A stretch of 64,000 nucleotides of DNA from Candidatus Marinacidobacterales bacterium (GCA_965226495.1 OZ245365.1:6016001-6080000); one strand, 5' to 3'; counted from the stretch's first letter, positions 1-7,971 are shown. A program made the numbers and translations. The notes: generated from the letters alone by a model not told the origin.

Positions 1-451
1 CCGCCACAAGTGCTGCGGCCGTCCGCACGTGGTTCCAGGCCGTCCACCCGGCGACGTAGCCAGCCCAGAGACGGCCTCCCTCGGCGCTCGCCGGCTCAAC
101 TGCCGCCAGGGCGTCATTCCTCGGCACGTTGAACACGATCGTCACTAGAATCGTTCCGAAAAGATAGAGCAGGCTGCCCACGAGCAGGAAAACGGCGCCG
201 GGTCTGTGCCAGCCGAGCAGAGAGGAGATGACCAGGATGACGCAACCGACAGCCGTCCCAAAAAAGGCCGTCATGAACATCGGATTGATTACCGTAACGT
301 TGATGGACTGCATGGCGGCAATGCCTTGGGCGGGCGGGAGTCGGTCGAGCGCCTTCATCACGAAGGTCGAGAAGGCGAAGAAAATACCCGCCACTAGCCC
401 GGCGCCAACGGCCGAGATGAGTGTTAGGACGGGAGTGAATCCGTCGGTCAT
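1..451 (-). CDS. DUF1772 / anthrone oxygenase family membrane protein (runs off window start)
   Basis: Manual translation from ATG at 451: MTDGFTPVLTLISAVGAGLVAGIFFAFSTFVMKAL...AMQSINV...NVPRNDAL...WTAWNHVRT. The ATG overlaps the stop of the upstream NmrA gene (ATGA). Confidence 0.8.
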   Translation of the reverse strand, partial: MTDGFTPVLTLISAVGAGLVAGIFFAFSTFVMKALDRLPPAQGIAAMQSINVTVINPMFMTAFFGTAVGCVILVISSLLGWHRPGAVFLLVGSLLYLFGTILVTIVFNVPRNDALAAVEPASAEGGRLWAGYVAGWTAWNHVRTAAALVA

Positions 452-1332
452 CTCGGGCCCTGCTCCGCTCCCATATCCCAGATGCCAGTGGTAGCGGCCT
501 CCCGCGCGTACTCCGCGAATCGTCTCGGATCTCGTTCCGTCACCTGCTTGATTTCGTTTGTAATACGGCTCGCCCGATCCTCTCGAAAGTAGCGCTCCAG
601 GTCCAGCATCCGATCCGCGAGCTCCTCAGGCATGCCCTCCGCCAGCATACCGCCCTTTAAATCCGACGGAGAGAGGCTGACGTGATTGATCGGCCGCCCA
701 AGCACGTTCGACAGCTCGGTCGCATACTCGTCATAGGTGAGCGCCTCGGACCCGGTCAACGTGTATGCCTTTCCCTTGTGGTTAGGCTCAGTCAACGCCT
801 TCACAGCCACAGCCGCGATGTCACGCACGTCCACATGGCTGATCCTTGCCTGGCCGCTCGCGCTGTAAAATACCGACTCAGCCCTGATCGAGTTGGCCAT
901 GAACGTTGCGGCGTTCTGCATGAAGCTATTCGGGCGGAGAAACGTCCATGCCAAGCCGCTCAACTCGATCGCAGTCTCGACCGGCCGATGGACCTTTGCT
1001 AGGCTGTACTCCTCCTCGGCGGCTCCCATGACGGACTGCTTCACGATGTCGTGTACATCCACCGCCTTCGCCGCCTCAACGGCGTTCAGCTCGAGCTCCG
1101 TCTGGTTTAAGGCGTTGGGCCCAAGGAGAAACACCTTGTCACATCCCTGAAACGCAGCACGAAGGGTCTCGGGACGATTGTAGTCGACGACGACAGCTTC
1201 AATCCCTCTCGCACGTGCGGCTTCGGCCTTTTTGTTGGAGAAGTAGGCCGCGCGAAACGGCGCCTTTGCTGATTCAAGCTGTCGGATAACTTCACTACTG
1301 ACAGTCCCACTCGCTCCGGTGATGCAAATCAT
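448..1332 (-). CDS. NmrA/SDR-like NAD(P)H-binding oxidoreductase (cassette gene)
   Basis: MICITGASGTVS Rossmann start, LRPNSFMQN and DVRDIA motifs. RBS AAGGAGG lies upstream of ATG 1332. The longer ORF-track start falls inside the attC. Confidence 0.85.
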   Translation of the reverse strand: MICITGASGTVSSEVIRQLESAKAPFRAAYFSNKKAEAARARGIEAVVVDYNRPETLRAAFQGCDKVFLLGPNALNQTELELNAVEAAKAVDVHDIVKQSVMGAAEEEYSLAKVHRPVETAIELSGLAWTFLRPNSFMQNAATFMANSIRAESVFYSASGQARISHVDVRDIAAVAVKALTEPNHKGKAYTLTGSEALTYDEYATELSNVLGRPINHVSLSPSDLKGGMLAEGMPEELADRMLDLERYFREDRASRITNEIKQVTERDPRRFAEYAREAATTGIWDMGAEQGPR

Positions 1333-1382
1333 ATGTCCTTGCCTCCTTTCAAGACGATAGATAGCGACTGTTGCAAGTAGCC

Positions 1383-1502
1383 GCCTAACAGCAGCGATGA
1401 GTGGCGGCACGGCTAAAGCCTAGCCGAAGCGACCACACACCGACAAATTGTCTTATGCGTTCACGAAGCCTCTGTGCCGTCGGCTCGATCGCTTAGTTAG
1501 AC
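1383..1502 (-). repeat. attC site (120 bp)
   Basis: Plus strand GCCTAAC...GTTAGAC with inverted arms GCGATGAGTGGCGGCAC / GTGCCGTCGGCTCGATCGC. Confidence 0.9.
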
Positions 1503-1509
1503 CGATATC

Positions 1510-1779
1510 TCACTTTGAGACCTTCTTGCCGTATCGAGCGAGTTCTTCCCGAACAACACTACGCAGAGTTGACTTTAAGTTTTCCTCCTGCCCGTCGACA
1601 TATTCTCGAAGGGCCGCGTTAATTAGTGTCTGGTAGTTCCCGCCGCCGGCTTCATGGACTCGGTCTCGAAACCACTGGAGAAGGTTGTCGTCAATTCGAA
1701 TCGTGATCCGAGTCTTGCCTGGAGGCGTTTTAATAACTGCTCCCCTCTTACCTCGACTGAAGTCGTATTCTTTCTTCAT
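1510..1779 (-). CDS. brnA: BrnA-family antitoxin
   Basis: EYDFSRGKRG...KTRITIRID...WFR...NYQTLINAALREY; directly downstream of a BrnT-like gene. Confidence 0.85.
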   Translation of the reverse strand: MKKEYDFSRGKRGAVIKTPPGKTRITIRIDDNLLQWFRDRVHEAGGGNYQTLINAALREYVDGQEENLKSTLRSVVREELARYGKKVSK

Positions 1780-2047
1780 CTCTCACCTTCGTAACGACTA
1801 CGTTCCGACCGTGTCGCCAGCCCCGCCGAGATCAATCTCACGATCTCCTCCGCCACGTGTAAACGACAACGAGGCATCGCCCGACGGCGTCCATGCCAAG
1901 AGTCACGTAACGTTTTTCTTCATCGACAGAGTCGTCCATGACTGTGACGGCAAGATCATCAAACAGAACCGTCGCGGCGTCGGCAAAGTTCACACCGTGC
2001 TTCTCGAGGTTGGACTCAGCTTTGCGGCTGTCCCACTCGAGCTCCAC
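1776..2047 (-). pseudogene. brnT: BrnT-family toxin, frameshifted
   Basis: MELEWDSRKAESNLEKHGVNFADA...EKRY...VVVYTWR stops early at 1838. The expected C-terminus EEIVRLISAGLATRSERSRYEGER* continues in another frame to 1776, overlapping the brnA ATG. Confidence 0.8.
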
Positions 2048-2053
2048 TATCTA

Positions 2054-2082
2054 AGTATATGCACACCCGTACATACAGGCAA
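2054..2082 (-). promoter_or_regulatory. Putative sigma70 promoter of the brnTA cassette
   Basis: Minus strand TTGCCT-N17-TATACT just upstream of the toxin start. Confidence 0.5.
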
Positions 2083-2116
2083 ATGAGGTTTCGGCGTGCG
2101 GAGCGGCACCAATTCG

Positions 2117-2239
2117 GTCTAACAGTAGCGATGAGCGGCCGCACGGCGGTGACGTTGCCGAAGCCCGCCGACGCTGCCGACCCAGCGCCTCATTGCTTCA
2201 CGAAGTCTCGGTGCCGTCCGCTCGATCGCTTAGTTAGCC
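2117..2239 (-). repeat. attC site (123 bp)
   Basis: GTCTAAC...GTTAGCC with arms closely related to the attC at 1383-1502. Confidence 0.9.
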
Positions 2240-2241
2240 GG

Positions 2242-2424
2242 CGCGAATTCATAAAGTAAGTGCAACACAGCTCCCGGATGAGGTGACCTGGAATGTGCCA
2301 CGATTCCTCAAACGACCAAGAATGGGGACTCGCTAATGACTTATTACCAGATCACCTCGGAAGAACGCTACACCATCGCGGCGCTGCGACGGGAGGGATT
2401 TTGCTCGGCCGAGATCGCGCGGCG
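2242..2424 (+). mobile_element. IS30-family left-end fragment (183 bp)
   Basis: Matches 4599-4781 apart from one mismatch I found (2314 G vs 4671 A). Includes the left IR and the first ~29 transposase codons. Confidence 0.9.
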
Positions 2425-2432
2425 AGCCCGAC

Positions 2433-2932
2433 GTCTAACTGGAGCCAAACCAGGGATAAAACCTAAACGATGCCTTCCTTCGAACTGTGCCTTTCGAGCA
2501 CCCAGTCGCATCGTGGTGACACGCCCCGGCAGCCCCTTCGCGTGATTGGCGTCTCGCTTGCTCCCCGACCAACAACTTGCGCTCGCGGGCTCGTCTTCTC
2601 CCGCTGCTCTGCCCCTCACCCGATCCCGTTTCTAACGAACCCGAGCTCGCTCAGGTCGTACCCTTTGATTGGGACGGTACGAGGGTACCCATGGGTTTCT
2701 AGTGCCGCAGGACGCTCCATGTTCCTGCACCGTCGTGCGCGAGGCTTCATCGCTTCACGCTCCGACGGCTGAGCCTCTATAGGTGTTTGGTACGGAGCTT
2801 CGGCTCACGTACCCGCTCCTCGAAACGAAGTCAGAGCAAATCCATCGAGCCTTCGACTTCCTTACAGGCACGCGCCCGTGCCTTCGGCAGAGATCTACCC
2901 CTTGACACGCGGGGGCCTGATAGGTGTTAGGC
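2433..2932. other. ORF-less structured segment bounded by attC core boxes; possible IS1111-type right-end ncRNA remnant
   Basis: Starts with GTCTAAC and ends with GTTAGGC. Several plus-strand hairpins, including GAGC-TTCG-GCTC and GGCACG-CGCC-CGTGCC. TTGACA at 2902-2907. No credible ORF. Confidence 0.45.
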
Positions 2933-2933
2933 T

Positions 2934-3428
2934 TCACTTGAATGACCTATATACGGTCTCAAAGAGGCGAGCGGTTAAGTTAATCGCATTTCGGTTCATT
3001 ACAATACGATCACCGTGGAATTCCATGTGACAAGGATAAACATTACCTTTATCGTCATGAATCTTGCCATCTTTGAGATCTTGGCAGTATTGTTGAATAT
3101 TGGCGATATCCGTGGCGTTCGTGGAGTCTAAGTCTTTTGGGATTGAGTCTTTGTGAACAAATGCGTTTCGTACAATCCAATGTAGAACTAAGTCTCTCTT
3201 TGCGGCGTTACTGTTCATGGACGACCACCATTTTCGGCCAAGCTTTCCTTCAGCGTACGCATAACAACCAACCAACATTGTTCCTGCAATAACATTCCAT
3301 GCTTCTGGATCATTACTCAGCCACTGACTTCGATTAGCTGTATCTTCTGACCATCGCTCGACCCCATGATCAAGGGCTTCTTCTAGCCCTCTAGCCATCC
3401 AGAAAATTGATTTCGGTATTTTTTGCAT
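2934..3428 (-). CDS. Hypothetical cassette protein, AT-rich
   Basis: ATG lies just inside a GTTAGGC box, and the stop is followed at once by GCCTAAC. Visibly lower GC than the flanks. No family recognised. Confidence 0.7.
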   Translation of the reverse strand: MQKIPKSIFWMARGLEEALDHGVERWSEDTANRSQWLSNDPEAWNVIAGTMLVGCYAYAEGKLGRKWWSSMNSNAAKRDLVLHWIVRNAFVHKDSIPKDLDSTNATDIANIQQYCQDLKDGKIHDDKGNVYPCHMEFHGDRIVMNRNAINLTARLFETVYRSFK

Positions 3429-3433
3429 AAGAA

Positions 3434-3451
3434 GCCTAACAGTTATTAGGC
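3434..3451 (-). other. Internal attI-like simple site
   Basis: GCCTAACAGTTATTAGGC shares the 14-mer CTAACAGTTATTAG with the array-terminal site at 7120-7133. No attC hairpin present. Confidence 0.6.
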
Positions 3452-3482
3452 AGCAATGACTTGCCGCGGCCACGATAAGCGT

Positions 3483-3893
3483 CTATGACGCGCGTCGAAG
3501 TCTTCGGATGCTCCATAGACCTACCAAAACGCCCAGCGCTTGCGATACGGCAACAAACAGAGCACTGGCTCGAAACAATCCCTGGGCATCCCCGGGCGGC
3601 AAATGCTCCACATGATCGGGCGAAACCGCAACGTAGTGATAATAGACGCCGAAGACAAGTGCCGCCGCCATCGACCCAATCAGGATGACCGCGCCTAGCC
3701 GAGCATGAGCGGTCCAAAGAAGCATCGCGGCTGCAAGGGGACTCAGCCCGATGACAAGCAGGATGAACGTCTCCTGCCACTTCGACATTTCGACACCTAG
3801 TTCCGAATGAGCCGCCCCGTGCGTTGCGTTGACTAGAACGTGCACGACGACGACCACGGTTCCAGCCCAAGCTACGGCGCGTCCCTTGCTCAT
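3483..3893 (-). CDS. Hypothetical 4-TM membrane protein with several His residues (cassette gene)
   Basis: Four hydrophobic segments; HGAAH, YYHY and PDHVEH motifs; starts 10 bp inside the attC R' box. Confidence 0.7.
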   Translation of the reverse strand: MSKGRAVAWAGTVVVVVHVLVNATHGAAHSELGVEMSKWQETFILLVIGLSPLAAAMLLWTAHARLGAVILIGSMAAALVFGVYYHYVAVSPDHVEHLPPGDAQGLFRASALFVAVSQALGVLVGLWSIRRLRRAS

Positions 3894-3902
3894 TCTTCGA
3901 CT

Positions 3903-3998
3903 GCCTAACAGGGTGTTCAGCGGCAAGCGGCGCGTCTTACAACACCCTTTTGCCTCTCCCGGTTCGCGCCGATTGTCCGCTGCAACACCGCGTTAGGC
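3903..3998 (-). repeat. attC site (96 bp)
   Basis: Minus strand GCCTAAC GCGGTGTTGCAGCGGAC...GCCGCTGAACACCCT GTTAGGC. The extra base in the L'' arm sets the array orientation to minus. Confidence 0.92.
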
Positions 3999-4043
3999 GC
4001 CACCTCGCGGGGGACAACCCGACGAAATACAAAAGCTTGGACA

Positions 4044-4445
4044 CTAGGCTGAGGGGACGACGGACCATATATCCTTCGCGAGTTTCCAAGAGCCGTCATC
4101 CTGTCGTCGAAACATGTGGATCCCGTGCCCGCTTATCTCCATCGGACCGCCACCTTCCTTCGGCGCCATCGTCAGCTCGTAGGTGTATCTCTGGAATGCC
4201 CAATCACCCGACACCACAATCTCCTCGTCTTTGAACGGCTTAAGGCTAGCGACCCCCTCATCCGTGAACCCGCGAAGGAATTGATGGGCGTCGGCACCTT
4301 TGACAGGCTTTTCACCTGGCGGAATCATTTCCAGGTCATCTGTCACCAACGCAAGCAGACCGTCAGCATCTCCTCCATTCACTGACTCCCTCCAACGCTG
4401 GAGGACAGTCTGGACATCATGAATATCGGTATCTTGATTGCCCAT
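4044..4445 (-). CDS. NTF2-like / DUF4440 (YybH-type) protein (cassette gene)
   Basis: W...GDADGLLALVTDD...V.G...VSGDWAF...RRQDDGSWKLAKDIWS; RBS AAGGAG upstream. Confidence 0.85.
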   Translation of the reverse strand: MGNQDTDIHDVQTVLQRWRESVNGGDADGLLALVTDDLEMIPPGEKPVKGADAHQFLRGFTDEGVASLKPFKDEEIVVSGDWAFQRYTYELTMAPKEGGGPMEISGHGIHMFRRQDDGSWKLAKDIWSVVPSA

Positions 4446-4480
4446 GACCGACTCCTTTCACGGAAATTTGAGTCCTGTGC

Positions 4481-4596
4481 GTCTAACGTTGAGTTGAGCG
4501 GCGGCACTGCAATGACGTCGCCGAAGGCGCCAGCGTTCACGATAACTCATACTTTACCGAAAGCTCTGTGCCGTCCGCTCCAACTCATTGTTAGCT
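4481..4596 (-). repeat. attC site (116 bp)
   Basis: GTCTAAC GTTGAGTTGAGCGGCGGCAC...GTGCCGTCCGCTCCAACTCATT GTTAGCT. Confidence 0.92.
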
Positions 4597-4598
4597 GG

Positions 4599-5676
4599 CG
4601 CGAATTCATAAAGTAAGTGCAACACAGCTCCCGGATGAGGTGACCTGGAATGTGCCACGATTCCTCAAACAACCAAGAATGGGGACTCGCTAATGACTTA
4701 TTACCAGATCACCTCGGAAGAACGCTACACCATCGCGGCGCTGCGACGGGAGGGATTTTGCTCGGCCGAGATCGCGCGGCGCCTGGGGCGCCACCGGAGC
4801 ACCATCTCGAGAGAGGTCAGGAGGAACAGCTCACCTAGTGATGGATGCTACCGGCCGAGCAAGGCCATCGAGAGAACGAACGGACGACGCTCGCGGTCTC
4901 GCCGGAACCAGTACTTCACAAAGGCCGACTTTGCCCTGGTGGAGAAGAAGCTTAAGGCCGACTGGAGCCCAGAGCAGATCTCCGGCCACCTGCGCCTTCA
5001 CGGCGAGCTCTCGATCAGCCACGAGACGATCTACACCCACGTTTGGCGGGACAAGGAGGCCGGAGGACATCTATACCGCCACCTTCGATGCTCGCCCAAA
5101 CTTAGACGCAAGCGCCACAACAGCTACGACAGCCGAGGCCGCCTGGCCGGGAAGCGTCACATCTCCGAGCGGCCGTCTTGTATCGACAAGCGCCGTGCCG
5201 TTGGCCACTGGGAGATTGACACCGTGGTAGGAAAAGACGCGCCGGACTGCGTCACCACGCTCGTGGAACGAAAGACGGGCTATGCGCTGATCGGCAAACT
5301 GTCCGACCGCAGCATGTTCGGCACTAGCCAGCGAACGAAGATGTTGCTCCGGCGGGTGCCGGATCAGGTCAAGACCATCACCGCGGACAATGGCACGGAG
5401 TTCCACGACTACGAATCCGTCGAGGAAGCGACCGGCGTCAAGTTCTACTTTGCAACTCCCTATCACTCATGGGAGAGAGGCAGCAACGAGAACTTCAATG
5501 GATTGCTACGACAATACCTGCCGAAGCGCACCAGCCAAGCAGCGCTCACGCAACGCCACTGCGATGGTATCGCAAAGAAGCTCAACACACGGCCCCGCAA
5601 GAGGCTCGGTTACCGCACACCGGAGGAACGTTTCCATGGGAACTAACGAATGGTGCGCTTCAAACTTGAAGTCACA
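4599..5676 (+). mobile_element. IS30-family insertion sequence, 1078 bp
   Basis: Imperfect IRs CGCGAATTCATAAAGTAAGTGCAAC and (reverse complement) TGTGACTTCAAGTTTGAAGCGCACC. TGG direct repeats at 4596-4598 and 5677-5679. Confidence 0.88.
4693..5646 (+). CDS. IS30-family DDE transposase
   Basis: N-terminal HTH (IARRLGRHRSTISRE), WSPEQI, GHWEIDTV, TADNGTEF, WERGSNENFNGLLRQYLPK, RPRKRLGY. Confidence 0.96.
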   Translation: MTYYQITSEERYTIAALRREGFCSAEIARRLGRHRSTISREVRRNSSPSDGCYRPSKAIERTNGRRSRSRRNQYFTKADFALVEKKLKADWSPEQISGHLRLHGELSISHETIYTHVWRDKEAGGHLYRHLRCSPKLRRKRHNSYDSRGRLAGKRHISERPSCIDKRRAVGHWEIDTVVGKDAPDCVTTLVERKTGYALIGKLSDRSMFGTSQRTKMLLRRVPDQVKTITADNGTEFHDYESVEEATGVKFYFATPYHSWERGSNENFNGLLRQYLPKRTSQAALTQRHCDGIAKKLNTRPRKRLGYRTPEERFHGN

Positions 5677-5830
5677 TGGCGCGTATCCTTACTGCTTCCA
5701 TGAACGTGGCCGCGCGAACCAGACGCGCTATGAGAACAAGTACTTGCGTCACGCCGGGGCTGGCGCCCATAACTCCGTCGGGCCGCAGCGCCCGCAACCA
5801 GAGTGAGCTGCTGGTCTTCTACCATAGGAA

Positions 5831-7039
5831 TCAATTCCCATGCAGCGCGCGATAGGGCACGTCCCCGGCAGATTGCGCGACTTCCAGGCCCAACTCGTGC
5901 GCTCGTGCAGCCGCAGTGAGCAGTGATTCTGTGGTGACTGCAAACGGCTCATTAGCTACAAAAGGAAGCATCATAGCTGTTTTCATCACGTCGCCTAGTT
6001 GCGCCTCGTTGGACAACGACAGCGATATCTGCCCAAGGTGGGCAGGCAAGCCAACTTTGGCAAAAAATCCCGCCACCTTTCGGGCCTCATCAAAGCTTTT
6101 CTCTAGAACGAGTTGGGTTAGCAACCCAATCGCCACCATCTCGCCGTGCATGTAGTTGCGATGCACCTCAGGAACCACTGTTAAACCCTGAGCGATCGAA
6201 TGAGCGACCGCCAGCCCGCCACTCTCAAACCCCATGCCGCTTAAGAGCGTATTCGCCTCGACAATGTTCTCGAGCGCGTCATTGACTTCAGAGCGCTTCA
6301 CAGCTTCCACCGCCGATAGGCCGTACTCAAACAAGGTGTCGGCGCACAGCTCGCCAATAGCGCTCGTGGCCAAGGTGGGGCGCGCTCCTAACACTGATCT
6401 TGCCCGAGGATTATCGAAACAAGTCCGCGCCTCATACCACGTTGCCATCGCGTCTCCTATCCCTGCCACCAGAAAGCGCACAGGAGCCTCTGCCACGATT
6501 CGGGTATCGATAGCGACAAGGGCAGGGCTACGGGGGGAGAACTCAACATCGCTAAAGACTCCCTCTGCCGTGTACATCACGGATAACGCAGAGCAAGGCG
6601 CATCAGTTGACGCTAAAGTCGGAACGCTCACCATCGGCATCGCCAATCGCTGGGCGACACATTTGCCCGCATCAAGGCATTTGCCTCCGCCTACCGCGAC
6701 TACGCTGTCCACAGGTGTTGCCATGGCCTGGAGAACCTCGACTACCCGATCAACTTCTTCGGTTGAGCATTCCCCATGAAAAGTCACGACCTCGGATTCG
6801 ATCTTGGCGCTGTTCAAGCTGTTTAGCAGCCTCGCGCCATCTCTTTGCTGGCCTGCTTTATCGATGAGAATCGCGACGCGTTCACTTGGAACGATCGATA
6901 GATACCGGCCGAGATGATCTAAAACACCATCCCCTTGGACATACCTCTGAGGAGCAATAAGAACACGGGGAACGCTGGCGGCTTCTCCTTCTTCGGTGGA
7001 AAACACCGCGTGCGGAATGTAGGGGATCGGGGCTGACAT
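5831..7039 (-). CDS. gldA: Glycerol dehydrogenase (Fe/Zn-type alcohol dehydrogenase family); first cassette
   Basis: PQRYVQG, GGGKCLD, PTLASTDAPCSALSV, GIGDAMATWYEA, GFESGGLAVAHSI, HGEMVA. Confidence 0.9.
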   Translation of the reverse strand: MSAPIPYIPHAVFSTEEGEAASVPRVLIAPQRYVQGDGVLDHLGRYLSIVPSERVAILIDKAGQQRDGARLLNSLNSAKIESEVVTFHGECSTEEVDRVVEVLQAMATPVDSVVAVGGGKCLDAGKCVAQRLAMPMVSVPTLASTDAPCSALSVMYTAEGVFSDVEFSPRSPALVAIDTRIVAEAPVRFLVAGIGDAMATWYEARTCFDNPRARSVLGARPTLATSAIGELCADTLFEYGLSAVEAVKRSEVNDALENIVEANTLLSGMGFESGGLAVAHSIAQGLTVVPEVHRNYMHGEMVAIGLLTQLVLEKSFDEARKVAGFFAKVGLPAHLGQISLSLSNEAQLGDVMKTAMMLPFVANEPFAVTTESLLTAAARAHELGLEVAQSAGDVPYRALHGN

Positions 7040-7117
7040 GGCATCTCCTTGTAGATTCGGTCTGTGAGTTCAGGGACCTCACGGTGCTTTCGATACGGGC
7101 CACTCACGTTATTGCCC

Positions 7118-7148
7118 AGCTAACAGTTATTAGAAGGTTCCGTCTAAC
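7118..7148 (-). other. Putative attI site
   Basis: Minus strand GTTAGAC GGAACC TTCTAA TAACT GTTAGCT: an R box with a degenerate L box and an upstream direct-repeat box, at the start of the cassette array. Confidence 0.65.
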
Positions 7149-7154
7149 ACTTGC

Positions 7155-7183
7155 CTTATAGCACGCGTACCGAGCCGGTGCGA
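7155..7183 (-). promoter_or_regulatory. Putative Pc cassette promoter
   Basis: Minus strand TCGCAC-N17-TATAAG with an extended -10 TG, pointing into attI. Confidence 0.45.
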
Positions 7184-7428
7184 CCTTCTAATCAGGTCGT
7201 TTGATGGTTTTCAGGTTTCTGCAGGCGGCCTGTTTGCAACATGTTAGGTACTGTGGAGCGAGTGGCGGTCGGAGTTGTTATTGGGGAGAGGGTGGCTTGA
7301 TAAGAAAATAATGGCTTGGGCCGCTAGTTCTATCTGTGGCGATCAGTGAGGGTCACTGCAATCGTACTGCCTCTTTAGCGAGGTGAAACGCGCGGTCAGA
7401 ACCAGTCTTTCGAACGGACCTAAAATCC

Positions 7429-7971
7429 CTAGCGCGGCTTGACGAACTTGGCCAGGACCAATCCTGCTATCGTCCAGGTCGTCACGGTGTAAACGGCTTG
7501 GTGGATCTTCCACTCCCACGGGATGTACCACCAGACCACGTCGCCGATGTCGATCATCACCGCCGCCGCTAATCCCACCAGGGCGGTGAACTTAACGCGA
7601 TCCCAGTAGGAGGGAAGAGCTACCCGCTGAAGGATCAGAGCGATCAGACTCACGACAGCCAGATACAGCCCAAAACCCCGGATCATGATGCCGCCGTCGT
7701 GCGCAGGTCTGCCTTCCCTGGCGGTCAAATGGATGAACGCCACCGGACCGGCGGCGTGCAACTTCTCCCAAGTCTCTTCGTCGTTATAGGTTCCCGGCAA
7801 ATAGTAGGTTCCGGATTCGGGGAAGTGTTCGAGCAAAGCTTTACCGGCGGCGACGTCGTCTTTGGTTTGCTTCCAAGAACTGGCAGGCAGCGGGTTCAGT
7901 CCCCAGTAGAGAAAGCCCCAGAAGAAAATTGCCATGGCGGCCAGGACAATTCCGATACCTAAGTTCTTCAT
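7429..7971 (-). CDS. Hypothetical 4-TM membrane protein
   Basis: Hydrophobic segments around a PESGTYYLP loop; ATGA overlap with the upstream phosphatase gene. Confidence 0.75.
   Translation of the reverse strand: MKNLGIGIVLAAMAIFFWGFLYWGLNPLPASSWKQTKDDVAAGKALLEHFPESGTYYLPGTYNDEETWEKLHAAGPVAFIHLTAREGRPAHDGGIMIRGFGLYLAVVSLIALILQRVALPSYWDRVKFTALVGLAAAVMIDIGDVVWWYIPWEWKIHQAVYTVTTWTIAGLVLAKFVKPR

Noticed and set aside
423-429. GTTAGGA as an attC box
   Set aside because: It lies inside the DUF1772 coding sequence and has no partner arm.
2425-2932. Group IIC-attC intron
   Set aside because: No RT/maturase ORF and no recognisable domain V or GTGCG 5' boundary at the attC junction.
7190-7428. intI integrase remnant
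   Set aside because: No tyrosine-recombinase motifs were found in the frames I read.
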